Below are positions 47,901 to 56,041 of a stretch of DNA of 64,000 bases, one piece after another. The notes below the pieces were generated by a model. That model had not been told where the DNA came from and made no database searches. It saw only the letters and a list, made by a program, of their open reading frames with translations. The stretch is from an uncultured Clostridia bacterium (lineage in GTDB: Bacteria > Bacillota > Clostridia > Christensenellales > UBA1242), in the NCBI GenBank assembly GCA_946496065.1, contig CAMMFF010000005.1, positions 11,397 through 75,396 of the forward strand. Reading direction: 5' to 3'. The position numbers were made by a program, and so were the translations under genes. Every line of letters begins with the position of its first letter. Within the stretch, counting starts at the first letter, position 1.

Positions 47901-50061
47901 AATGACTGTCTTTATTGTCTGCAGTCTTGTAAGGAAGAAAAATATATGAAATGTCTCCTGCTTTGTAAATTAAGTTTCCAGGAATTCTTCTTGGACCAAT
48001 GGTTTCCGTTCTTGTTTCTGTCCTAGGCTCTCTTCTTCGCTCTCCGCTTCCACCGCTTCCACCAGCGGAATCATCGCGAACAAGTTCCGGAAGATCTTTT
48101 GTTATTGTTGTGAATTCTGGAATTTTGTCGTCTTTAATTTCTTTAGTGTCTTCAAGAGTATAGTTTGCAATTTTTTGAAAATTTCTGAAGAAGATTTCAT
48201 TGTTGCTTACTGTTATTGGAAGAATAACTACAGAATTTTCATGGTTTTGTTCAATTCCAAATGCAAGATGTTGTTCTCCATCAACATCTCTCAAACCTTG
48301 AGTTAAAATTTTGCAGCGAGTTGTTTCTTTAGGGTCTTCTTTGAAACCAGCAACGTTAACAAACAAACCATCATCGGCAACAATAATTTCCAGATAGTCT
48401 AGTTCAGTTCCATTGTTTTTTGTGTATGGAACATAAAGATAGAAGTCCTCAGTTTTTTCATCCAAATGAGAAAGAACTGTTTTCAAGTCTTTATCAGGAA
48501 CTCTACTTCTTCTTGACGAACGAGAAGGGGGAGTTGGTCTTCGAGTGTGGTCCTCAGAATGTTCTTCCAATATTGGAGGAGTGTCACTTTCAAAAGTTGT
48601 GATAAGGGAAGTTATAACTGGGTTGCTGGCAAACCTTTCATCGGCTCTCCAAATTTCCAAATCATGCAAGAATGAATCTCGCCAACCAAGTTCATAAATC
48701 TTACGAGCCGTTTCCGTTGGAATAGGGGAATTCTCTTCAACAAGTTTGGTTATAAGTGCTGATTGCAACCAACCTGTTAAGTTTGTTCTCTCGTCTCTGA
48801 AGTCATGTCTGCAGTTGTCGAGAAGTAATGCTTTTGATGGTGTCAAATGCGTTATAACTTCGTTGAGTGTGCTTAAATCAAGAGTTCCAAAAGTGTCTGC
48901 AAATCTTTGTGCAGTTTCATTGTACCTTGCATAAATCTCAGGATTTGCGGTTTCAAGTGTATCATAATCCAAGTCAGCAAATGGCAATAGATCAAGAACG
49001 TTCAATCCGCCAACTCCATCTCTTGTTGCGTCAATTTGTTCTTGACCAAATGGAGTGTCTAAGAATCGCCCTTCTGAATTGTGATGCCAGCCCATTCTGA
49101 CGTCCCATTCACGACAATCATCGTTGCATGCTGACAAAATTCTTGTATCAAGTTCTGACAGGGGCACATTTGGAACTTGAGAATTTGCTCTTATTCTCTC
49201 AGGATTTGTTGAACGAGTCAGTGAAGGAACTTTCAAAACTTGTGTTGTGTAATATGTGCAAAGTTCTGCAGGTGTCATTCCATACTTTGAAGCCATCGCT
49301 TTGACAAGTTCGTGATCCAAAAGATGCTTTGACCCTAAAATTGAATATGCAACAGGCTGAATATTGTTCTCTGTGCAAAATCTCACTCTTTCTTCTTCAT
49401 TATGTCCAATCAAAAGAGGCATTTGCATAACTTGTGGCATTTGCAAATGTTCTAATTCACAAATTTCTTTCAACCTGTTCAGTGCCTGAATCGAAAAGTT
49501 TGAAACCCCGATGGTTTTGATTTTTCCTGCTTGATAATATTCATTCAAAACCTGCCATTGAAGAAGGACGCTGTTCATATATTCGCTTTCGTGGCCCTCT
49601 TCCATTTCATTCCATGGTGCTGGAGAATGAATGTAGTAACAATCAATATAATCATGCTCACCAGTCAAACCAAGAGCGGCAAAACTTTTCTCTACTTCTG
49701 TTCTTATGCGTGCCTTTTCTCTCTCCGCATCCGCTTCAGTCATAGATCCGAGCTCAGCATCTGATTTTGCGGTGCCAGGATTAAGTTTGGAAGAAATAAA
49801 AATCTTATCTCTTGCAAGGCCTCCAGCCAAAGCACGTTGAATGGCTCTTCCAACATATTCTTCATTTCCATATCCCTGTGCAGTGTCAATGGCAACATAT
49901 CCAGCAGAAAGGGCATCAGAAACTGCTTTTTCTGTATTTGTTTCATCAAGCATCCAAGTTCCTTGACCAATCATTGGGATTTTTATAGTTTCAGTTGAGT
50001 CACCTCTTGTAACAGTGATTTCCTTGAAACTTTCAGTCAGGTTCAACTTATCGTCTGCCAT
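44950..50061 (-). CDS. 1703-aa chimeric protein: aldo/keto reductase domain + orphan repeat modules + membrane hairpin + charged coiled coil
   Basis: AGGAGG lies 5 nt upstream of ATG 50061. AKR motifs sit at nt ~49160-49990 (GYVAIDTAQGYGNEEYVG, YYIHSP, IGVSNF). A hydrophobic segment lies at 45985-46087. The C-terminal 340 aa are K/E/R-rich. Confidence 0.85.
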   Translation of the reverse strand: MADDKLNLTESFKEITVTRGDSTETIKIPMIGQGTWMLDETNTEKAVSDALSAGYVAIDTAQGYGNEEYVGRAIQRALAGGLARDKIFISSKLNPGTAKSDAELGSMTEADAEREKARIRTEVEKSFAALGLTGEHDYIDCYYIHSPAPWNEMEEGHESEYMNSVLLQWQVLNEYYQAGKIKTIGVSNFSIQALNRLKEICELEHLQMPQVMQMPLLIGHNEEERVRFCTENNIQPVAYSILGSKHLLDHELVKAMASKYGMTPAELCTYYTTQVLKVPSLTRSTNPERIRANSQVPNVPLSELDTRILSACNDDCREWDVRMGWHHNSEGRFLDTPFGQEQIDATRDGVGGLNVLDLLPFADLDYDTLETANPEIYARYNETAQRFADTFGTLDLSTLNEVITHLTPSKALLLDNCRHDFRDERTNLTGWLQSALITKLVEENSPIPTETARKIYELGWRDSFLHDLEIWRADERFASNPVITSLITTFESDTPPILEEHSEDHTRRPTPPSRSSRRSRVPDKDLKTVLSHLDEKTEDFYLYVPYTKNNGTELDYLEIIVADDGLFVNVAGFKEDPKETTRCKILTQGLRDVDGEQHLAFGIEQNHENSVVILPITVSNNEIFFRNFQKIANYTLEDTKEIKDDKIPEFTTITKDLPELVRDDSAGGSGGSGERRREPRTETRTETIGPRRIPGNLIYKAGDISYIFLPYKTADNKDSHLVLIQQGENLYLNIKGFDETDRNKSTTCQIFSASFVTVEDKEILSLELEVNGRKRSVNFPIPKERNEQLLTDLNALLAHTNIRHTEIEVYDCPRVSNPAFDESLNPEMPLTGELSEEDKLVRAKRTGQALESQTLTIGEESITGFSQEIEAKKLGLSSAQKITLFDSTSYTSSGATILKDALLMVTSEDKSAPVAIFTKGTKTEEGREIPTIQFKVSKEFIDDFRAKNPEVEIPDGSADGDYVVYEVDKLKLSQDLNISDVQIRGAGSEFAVLFSALGCQIVDKNKHFGMVKNEENPFNIGVTTDFLSTVLKPETEKSDIEKTCSYDRFGVSYEALLISRIQLERNKSTEPDKIVSVTLPEGSSSPEEKLYSVPIKVKNEDGSTSPEYLNIRIDREGKSYAYLHITGESVKSAKIPKFYEIDIAHLEESASSTLDSIENPSLYLGLKDGKDVVRINIDINYDENSEILRSLKTDILEKEFNERIEEEEKTKPLFDGAERKVGDENYLIYPRPKERKATVLSYGDIAILTRKPREREEEHLISRSPTLMDPPVVDRERTTTIIDRGGGGGGNPPPPEDPEPEEPIKPIDWKEKLDPIKPPKKNGVRNMLIGLFALCTLMSILVPWLAIGSIVFAGAAIVNEVRPWIVSVHKANKERRYKKQHTYKPGKDKEKELQQGLTKTKGDLVKQRNKLNYLNEQRRRIETDPTLSESQRRKKLEKIDKEINSARVEVERLQIDVSNQELNIQSAKLEKQIALSKEVIESRRKRDEQIQKAEDADLSALQKTNENKEKELNAATTKMSELTEEKEEFERDKAELDALEARDEGSLSPEELEKLKKLRAKMKKKKGKTVEGYEREIAEYGSRIETLTREKEEAQGILDGRSREVDEQRSARDEEIRRLENEEQDLQRRKDEFDRNVDEANERRKHATGSDAIMEDYSLGELPSEEEHETEGEELSEEERRRRSERGRGREAGGAGRGREAGG
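44953..44999 (-). repeat. 27-nt tandem repeat encoding GRGREAGGA x2 at the 3' end of the giant gene
   Basis: TCCGCCAGCTTCACGACCTC occurs at 44953 and again at 44980. Confidence 0.85.
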
Positions 50062-50255
50062 GTAATCCTCCTAAAAACATTTTTATAAGTTTATCATAAT
50101 GTGTGTATTTTGTCAATTATTGTAGGAAAAATAGCGGGGCAAAAATTAATTGATTCGAAAATGTTTGTTATTGCTAAATTAGGGAGCAAAAAACTTGTTT
50201 TTTTTTATTATTTTTGCTATTATTGATATAATTATTGCAAGATAAGGAGATTTTA

Positions 50256-52961
50256 ATGGGACTTTTTGGGAATGAAAACAAATCACAAGTTAGAAAACTT
50301 AGAAAAATAGCAGATAAAGTTGTTGCATTGGAAGATAAATACAGAAGTTACACTGATGAGCAACTTAAAAATTGCACCGAAGATTTCAAAAAGCGTTATC
50401 AGAATGGCGAGAGTTTGATGGATTTGCTTCCAGAGGCTTATGCGGTTGTTCGTGAAGCTTCTGACAGAGTTTTGAAAATGCGTCATTTCTATGTTCAAAT
50501 TCTCGGTGGAATTGCACTGCACCAAGGTCGTATTGCAGAAATGGCAACAGGTGAAGGAAAAACTTTGGTGGCAACACTGCCAGCATATCTTAATGCTTTG
50601 ACTGGTCTTGGTGTACATGTTGTCACTGTCAATGAATATTTGGCAAAGCGTGATGCTGAGTGGATGGGAAAAGTTTACAAATTTTTGGGACTTACTGTTG
50701 GTGTTGTTGTTTCTGGTATGGACGAAAAGGCAAAGAGAGAAGCATACAACAGCGACATTACTTATTGCACCAACAACGAAATTGGTTTCGACTATTTGCG
50801 TGACAACATGGCAATTATGAAAGAACAACGTGTTCAGCGTGGACATAATTTTGCCATTGTCGATGAAGTTGACTCCATTTTGATTGATGAAGCAAGAACT
50901 CCTCTTATCATTTCTGGTAGGGGAATGAAATCAAGTGATAACTATGTCAAGGCACAAAAATTTGCAAAGACTTTGAAGCCTGAAGATTATGAAAAGGACG
51001 AAAAAACCAAGGCTTTGAATTTGACAGAGAGCGGTGTGGCAAAAGCAGAAAGATTTTATGGCACAGAAAACTTGTCTGATATTGACAACTTGGAATTGAA
51101 CCACTATATCAACAATGCTTTGAAAGCAAATTTTGTTATGTTCAGAGATGAGAACTACATTGTTAAAGATGGAGAAGTCATCATCGTTGATGAATTTACT
51201 GGTCGTTTGATGCCGGGAAGAAGATATAATGATGGCTTGCATCAAGCAATTGAAGCCAAGGAAGGCGTGGAAATCAAAGACGAAAACAAAACCTTGGCGA
51301 CAATTACTTTCCAAAACTACTTCAGAATTTACAACAAACTTTCTGGTATGACAGGAACTGCCAAGACAGAGGAAGGTGAATTTAGAGCAATCTACAAACT
51401 TGATGTTGTCACAATTCCAACAAACAAGCCAAACATCAGAATTGACGAACCAGACATTGTGTTTACAACTGAAAACGGAAAAATCAAGGCTATTGTGGAA
51501 GAGATTAAAAGACGTCATGAACTTGGACAACCAATTTTGGTCGGCACAATCACAATTGAAAAAAGTGAGTTGCTTTCCAAGGCACTTAAAGAGGCAAAAA
51601 TCAAACATACAGTTTTGAATGCCAAGAATCACGAACAAGAAAGTCAAATTGTCGCACAAGCTGGTCGAAAGGGTGCTGTGACAATTGCAACAAACATGGC
51701 TGGTCGTGGAACGGATATTTTGCTTGGTGGTAACCCAGAATTTATGGCAAAGAAACAGATGAAAGATGAAAATTTTTCTGATGAACAAATCTCTTATGCC
51801 ACAGCTTTCAACACGGTTGATGATGCCGAAATGAATAAGGCGAGAACAAGATATAACGAACTTTACAACGAATTCAAAAAGACAACAGATGTCGAAAAAG
51901 AAGAAGTTAAAGCTGCAGGTGGTTTGCATATTATCGGAACAGAACGTCATGAGTCAAGACGTATTGATAACCAGTTACGTGGTCGTGCTTCTCGTCAAGG
52001 AGACCCAGGTTCAAGTGTGTTCTTCTTGTCACTTGAAGATGACTTGATTAGAAGATTTGGTGGCGACAGACTCAAGAAGATTGCGATGTTCTTCAAATTG
52101 GAAGAAGATACACCAATTCAACTTAAAATCCTTTCAAGGCAAATTGAGGGAGCGCAAAAGAAAATTGAAATTCAAAACTTTGGCATGAGAAAAACAGTTT
52201 TGCAATTTGACGATGTTATGAATGCTCAAAGAGAAGTCATCTACAAAGAAAGAAACAAGGTTTTGGACGGACTTGATGTCCATGAGCAAATTATGGGAAT
52301 GTTCCCAGGAGTTATTTCAAAATTTTGTGACAAGTGTGTTGATGATGACAAACCATATTTTGAATGGGATTTTGCCAAAATCAATCAAGAACTTGAAAGA
52401 GGACTTTTGGAAAAAGACAAAAATGTCATAACAGAAGAATTTTGTGAAGGCTTTGATCGTGAAGATTTGGAAGATGCAGTTTTGAAACTTGTTGAGAAGA
52501 GATACAACGAAAGAATGGTTGAAGCAGGTAAGGTTGGAATTGATTTCGAGAAGATTGAAAGATTTGTTTTGCTTAAGGTTGTTGATTCAAATTGGATGAA
52601 CCACATTGATGACATGCAAACCATGAAAAATGAAATTTTTGCTCGTGGTTTTGGAAATCAAGACCCTATTCTTGCTTACAAGAAAGAGGGGTATGAAATG
52701 TTTGATAATATGATTGAAAAAATTAGAGAAACAACATGTATTGTTCTTCTCAATACAAACATTGAAATCAGACGACCAGAACCAAAACCTCAGCCAAAAA
52801 TGACAGAGGCGAGAGTGTATGATCCACAAGCACAATCACGACCACAAGAGATCAAAAAACAAGTCACTGTGAAAAACACGGAAAAGAAAGTTGGAAGAAA
52901 TGATCCTTGTCCATGTGGAAGCGGAAAGAAATATAAAAATTGTTGTGGAAAAAATGTGTGA
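50256..52961 (+). CDS. secA: preprotein translocase ATPase SecA
   Basis: FAIVDEVDSILIDEARTPLIISG and a C-terminal zinc finger CPCGSGKKYKNCCG. AAGGAG SD. Confidence 0.95.
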   Translation: MGLFGNENKSQVRKLRKIADKVVALEDKYRSYTDEQLKNCTEDFKKRYQNGESLMDLLPEAYAVVREASDRVLKMRHFYVQILGGIALHQGRIAEMATGEGKTLVATLPAYLNALTGLGVHVVTVNEYLAKRDAEWMGKVYKFLGLTVGVVVSGMDEKAKREAYNSDITYCTNNEIGFDYLRDNMAIMKEQRVQRGHNFAIVDEVDSILIDEARTPLIISGRGMKSSDNYVKAQKFAKTLKPEDYEKDEKTKALNLTESGVAKAERFYGTENLSDIDNLELNHYINNALKANFVMFRDENYIVKDGEVIIVDEFTGRLMPGRRYNDGLHQAIEAKEGVEIKDENKTLATITFQNYFRIYNKLSGMTGTAKTEEGEFRAIYKLDVVTIPTNKPNIRIDEPDIVFTTENGKIKAIVEEIKRRHELGQPILVGTITIEKSELLSKALKEAKIKHTVLNAKNHEQESQIVAQAGRKGAVTIATNMAGRGTDILLGGNPEFMAKKQMKDENFSDEQISYATAFNTVDDAEMNKARTRYNELYNEFKKTTDVEKEEVKAAGGLHIIGTERHESRRIDNQLRGRASRQGDPGSSVFFLSLEDDLIRRFGGDRLKKIAMFFKLEEDTPIQLKILSRQIEGAQKKIEIQNFGMRKTVLQFDDVMNAQREVIYKERNKVLDGLDVHEQIMGMFPGVISKFCDKCVDDDKPYFEWDFAKINQELERGLLEKDKNVITEEFCEGFDREDLEDAVLKLVEKRYNERMVEAGKVGIDFEKIERFVLLKVVDSNWMNHIDDMQTMKNEIFARGFGNQDPILAYKKEGYEMFDNMIEKIRETTCIVLLNTNIEIRRPEPKPQPKMTEARVYDPQAQSRPQEIKKQVTVKNTEKKVGRNDPCPCGSGKKYKNCCGKNV

Positions 52962-52975
52962 TGAAATTGTGAATT

Positions 52976-53003
52976 AAAAAGATTGATTTTTCAATCTTTT
53001 TTT
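52976..53003 (+). terminator. intrinsic terminator
   Basis: AAAGATTGA / TCAATCTTT stem followed by a T-run. Confidence 0.7.
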
Positions 53004-53013
53004 CATTTTAATA

Positions 53014-53041
53014 TTGACAAAGGTAAAAAAATTTCTATAAT
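53014..53041 (+). promoter_or_regulatory. promoter
   Basis: TTGACA (53014-53019), 16 nt, TATAAT (53036-53041). A second TGTTATAAT lies at 53045-53053. Confidence 0.55.
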
Positions 53042-53076
53042 TTTTGTTATAATTTCAAGTTTTTAAGGAGAGATTG

Positions 53077-53655
53077 ATGGAAAAGAAAAAATGTGACAAA
53101 ACAATCAAATTCGCGATTAAGTGGTGGACAGACATTCTTTCGGGCAAAGAAAGTGCAAGGTCTTTTTATGAAGAAATGAAAAATGATTTGGAAGACATTA
53201 AAGAAAATCACGAGTCGGCATATAATTTTCTGAAACAGGCCATAGAACAACTTGATGAAGAAATGGAAAAAGATCGGTCAAACGCATATCTCAATTCAGA
53301 ACAAATCAGAAGATTGGAAGAACAACTTAGTTTTCGCATAAAAAATTGTTTAGAAAAAGATGGATATGCATATCTTTACACAGATGAAGATGCCAGAGCA
53401 AATGGCGTGCTTGGTCTTGCAACTTATTATGCAGGCATCAGAAATGAAGGAAATCTTGGGGAAGAACCAAGCCCATTCCCTGATGGTGTGGAGATGTGGA
53501 TTGAGCCTGGCAAAGTGGAAATCAGATATGATGAAAATGGAATGTTTAACCCAGTATATCAAGAAGTATCTCAAGAAGTTGAAAAACCAAAACTCTCACA
53601 AGAAACCATTGAATTGATTCAACGCAAGATTGATGAAGGCAGGGGCGGAAAATAA
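53077..53655 (+). CDS. hypothetical cytoplasmic protein (192 aa)
   Basis: AAGGAG lies 6 nt upstream of ATG 53077. The N-terminal half is helical and acidic. No family recognised. Confidence 0.6.
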   Translation: MEKKKCDKTIKFAIKWWTDILSGKESARSFYEEMKNDLEDIKENHESAYNFLKQAIEQLDEEMEKDRSNAYLNSEQIRRLEEQLSFRIKNCLEKDGYAYLYTDEDARANGVLGLATYYAGIRNEGNLGEEPSPFPDGVEMWIEPGKVEIRYDENGMFNPVYQEVSQEVEKPKLSQETIELIQRKIDEGRGGK

Positions 53656-53676
53656 AACATGCTTTGGCATGTTTTT

Positions 53677-53892
53677 TTAATATTCTTTACGACCAATGAG
53701 ATAGTCTAATGAAACATCAAACAAATCTGCAAGTTTAATAAAATTTTCTAAAGATGGCAAAGAAAGACCTAATTCATATGCTTGATAGGATTGATATTTA
53801 ATACCTATTTTCTCAGCGACATATTGTTGTGTCCAATTGTTATGAATTCTTAATTTTTTTATGATATTTGGGAAATTATAAAGTTCATTCAT
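53677..53892 (-). CDS. XRE-family HTH regulator (71 aa)
   Basis: IKKLRIHNNWTQQYVAEKIGIKYQSYQAYELG HTH_3 signature. No SD before the ATG. Confidence 0.8.
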   Translation of the reverse strand: MNELYNFPNIIKKLRIHNNWTQQYVAEKIGIKYQSYQAYELGLSLPSLENFIKLADLFDVSLDYLIGRKEY

Positions 53893-53931
53893 AGAATTAT
53901 GATATAATTATTTTTGTTAAATAATATTTTA

Positions 53932-53948
53932 TACAGTTATTGTCTGTA
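53932..53948. promoter_or_regulatory. operator-like palindrome TACAG-N7-CTGTA (site 3)
   Basis: TACAGTTATTGTCTGTA, lying between the two XRE genes. Confidence 0.5.
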
Positions 53949-53953
53949 TTTGT

Positions 53954-54169
53954 TTAAATCTCATTTAAACCGGTTAGTTCGTCAAGAGATATATCAAAAA
54001 TTTTACATATTTTTACAGCATTTATAAGGGTAGGTATAGTTTTTCCATATTCATATGCTTGATAAGATTGATAACTTATTTCAAGTTTTTCTGCCATATA
54101 TTTTTGTGTGTAACCATATTGCAATCGAAGATTTTTAATTCTATTTGACAATGCATATAAATTTTTCAT
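53954..54169 (-). CDS. XRE-family HTH regulator (71 aa), paralog of the neighbour
   Basis: IKNLRLQYGYTQKYMAEKLEISYQSYQAYEYG. GGAG lies 8 nt upstream of ATG 54169. Confidence 0.8.
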   Translation of the reverse strand: MKNLYALSNRIKNLRLQYGYTQKYMAEKLEISYQSYQAYEYGKTIPTLINAVKICKIFDISLDELTGLNEI

Positions 54170-54186
54170 TTTATTTCTCCAATTTA

Positions 54187-54241
54187 TTGACATAATACAG
54201 AAATAAACTGTAAAATAGTAAAAATGCAGTTTAAAACTGTA
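54187..54241. promoter_or_regulatory. divergent control region: promoter plus two TRCAG-N7-CTGTA palindromes
   Basis: TTGACA (54187-54192), 18 nt, TAAAAT (54211-54216). Site 1 is TACAGAAATAAACTGTA (54196-54212) and overlaps the spacer and -10. Site 2 is TGCAGTTTAAAACTGTA (54225-54241). Confidence 0.55.
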
Positions 54242-54255
54242 TTTAAGGAGATAAA

Positions 54256-54618
54256 ATGGATATAGTGGTTATAGGATTTGGTGAGTTAAAGCATGTAAGA
54301 GAAATTAGAAATTATATGTATAGAATGTTGAAAGGAGGTGTTGATGATTTGCATTTTGAAAATTTTTATTTTGGAAACAATAACCAATTTTGTATATTGT
54401 GCAATGATGTGTTAAATTCTTTAAAAAATGAAAATAAAGAAAGGCAAATCAGAATTTTAAATACAGAACCTAAAAATTCGGTGATGTATGTTATTTACTA
54501 TGATGAAAAAAATTGTAAGGCAATTGAGAATGCTAAAAAATATGAATATATTAATGACAATCATATTAATGGTAAATACATTGTTTCGTTTGTTGAAGAG
54601 AAATTTTATTTAAGTTAA
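54256..54618 (+). CDS. hypothetical protein (120 aa)
   Basis: AAGGAG SD. AT-rich. Divergent from the XRE pair. No family recognised. Confidence 0.6.
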   Translation: MDIVVIGFGELKHVREIRNYMYRMLKGGVDDLHFENFYFGNNNQFCILCNDVLNSLKNENKERQIRILNTEPKNSVMYVIYYDEKNCKAIENAKKYEYINDNHINGKYIVSFVEEKFYLS

Positions 54619-54623
54619 TTCTC

Positions 54624-54652
54624 TTGACAAATATTGATTTATGTGTTATAAA
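54624..54652 (+). promoter_or_regulatory. rpsF operon promoter
   Basis: TTGACA (54624-54629), 17 nt, TGT-TATAAA (54647-54652). The 5' UTR is about 70 nt. Confidence 0.6.
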
Positions 54653-54730
54653 TTAAGAGCAGTAAAAATACTGTCCTTGCTTTTAAGTCGTGTGAACTTG
54701 AAAGCCATTAGTCCAAAAGGAGGTAAGAAG

Positions 54731-55012
54731 ATGAATAAGTATGAACTTATGTTTATCATTGCCAGCGATGTCAGTGAAGAAAAGAGAGAAGAACTTATTG
54801 CAAAGCAAAAAGCATATGTTGAATCTCACAAAGGCACTGTTGAAGGCGTTGATAAGATTGGAATGAAAAAGTTTGCTTATCCTATCAACTTCAAAAATGA
54901 AGGTTTCTATGTGATTATGAACATCTCAATGAATCCAGAAGAAGTTGATGCAATGAACAAACTTATGACCATCACTGATGGCATTGTTCGTCAAATGTTT
55001 GTAAGAAAATAG
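54731..55012 (+). CDS. rpsF: 30S ribosomal protein S6
   Basis: MNKYELMFII... typical S6 N-terminus. AAAGGAGG SD. Confidence 0.95.
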   Translation: MNKYELMFIIASDVSEEKREELIAKQKAYVESHKGTVEGVDKIGMKKFAYPINFKNEGFYVIMNISMNPEEVDAMNKLMTITDGIVRQMFVRK

Positions 55013-55022
55013 GAGAAAATTT

Positions 55023-55451
55023 ATGAATAAAGTTATTTTGGTTGGAAATTTGACCAGAGACCCAGAACTTCAAACAACAAACAGTGGAAGATCTGTTTGC
55101 AGATTTGGACTTGCTGTTCAAAGAAGATTTGCAAATGCTGAAGGCGAAAGAGATGCAGATTTTTTCAATATCACAGTTTGGGGTGCTCCAGGCGAAAATT
55201 GCCATAGATATTTGAAGAAAGGTTCTAAGTGCGGAATTGTTGGAAGAATTCAAATTTCAACTTATGATGCTGCTGATGGTTCAAAAAGAAACTCTACTGA
55301 CATCATTGCAGAAGAGGTTGAATTTGTTGGTTCAAGAAATGGAGGAGACAGTTCAGACAATTCTTACTCTGCTCCAAGTGAAAGCAAGCCAGCAAGCAAA
55401 AAGGAAACTGCCGAACTTGAAGAAATTGATGACGACAGTTTGCCATTCTAA
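55023..55451 (+). CDS. ssb: single-stranded DNA-binding protein
   Basis: MNKVILVGNLTRDPEL OB-fold and the C-terminal acidic tip DDDSLPF. Confidence 0.95.
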   Translation: MNKVILVGNLTRDPELQTTNSGRSVCRFGLAVQRRFANAEGERDADFFNITVWGAPGENCHRYLKKGSKCGIVGRIQISTYDAADGSKRNSTDIIAEEVEFVGSRNGGDSSDNSYSAPSESKPASKKETAELEEIDDDSLPF

Positions 55452-55515
55452 GTCACGAATAGTGACATATTAAAAAGTCGAAAAAATTTAGGGGCATGAT
55501 GCCCAAGGAGAAAAA

Positions 55516-55776
55516 ATGAGCGAAGTTGTAAAAACCGAAGAAAAGGTTGTTAAAAAATATCGTAAACCTGCAAAAAAGAAAGTTTGTGCTTTCTGCGTTG
55601 CTGGTGAAAAAACAATTGACTACAAAGATGTAGCAAAAGTCAGAAAATATATCACAGAGAAGGGTAAAATTTTGCCAAGACGTCAAACAGGCGTTTGCTC
55701 TTACCACCAAAGAGAACTTGCAAATGCAATTAAGAGAGCAAGAAACATGGCACTTCTTCCTTATGTTGGTGATTAA
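55516..55776 (+). CDS. rpsR: 30S ribosomal protein S18
   Basis: CAFC...[36 protein letters not shown] pattern. Confidence 0.95.
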   Translation: MSEVVKTEEKVVKKYRKPAKKKVCAFCVAGEKTIDYKDVAKVRKYITEKGKILPRRQTGVCSYHQRELANAIKRARNMALLPYVGD

Positions 55777-55790
55777 AAGGAGAAAGGTTT

Positions 55791-55997
55791 ATGAAAAAAG
55801 ATTTACATCCAGATTATCATGAAGTAACTGTTGTTTGTGCATGTGGAAACACTTTCAAAACAGGTTCTTGTGTTAAGGGTGATACACTCAAGATTGATAT
55901 CTGCAACAAATGCCATCCTTTCTACACAGGAAAGAAGAAGGTTGTTGACTCAAGCGGAACAGTTGAAAACTTCAAGAAAAAATATAATTTGCAATAA
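55791..55997 (+). CDS. rpmE: 50S ribosomal protein L31 (Cys-containing type A)
   Basis: [20 protein letters not shown]...[11 protein letters not shown]. Confidence 0.95.
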   Translation: MKKDLHPDYHEVTVVCACGNTFKTGSCVKGDTLKIDICNKCHPFYTGKKKVVDSSGTVENFKKKYNLQ

Positions 55998-56031
55998 AAA
56001 AAGAACAATCAAATTTGATTGTTCTTTTTTT
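55996..56031. terminator. bidirectional terminator
   Basis: AGAACAATCA / TGATTGTTCT stem flanked by an A-run and a T-run, between convergent genes. Confidence 0.7.
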
Positions 56032-56041
56032 GTTGATTTTT

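Noticed and set aside
50062-50255. Replication origin at the divergent giant-gene/secA gap, where the gene-strand bias switches (mostly minus from 39.1-50.1 kb, mostly plus from 50.3 kb)
   Set aside because: The 194-bp gap is AT-rich but has no box closer than 2-3 mismatches to TTATCCACA. A strand switch alone is insufficient, so it is left as a point to compare with GC skew.
54653-54730. S6:S18 autoregulatory leader RNA upstream of rpsF
   Set aside because: A ~70-nt UTR with a small hairpin exists, but I cannot match it to the published motif by eye, so it is not called.
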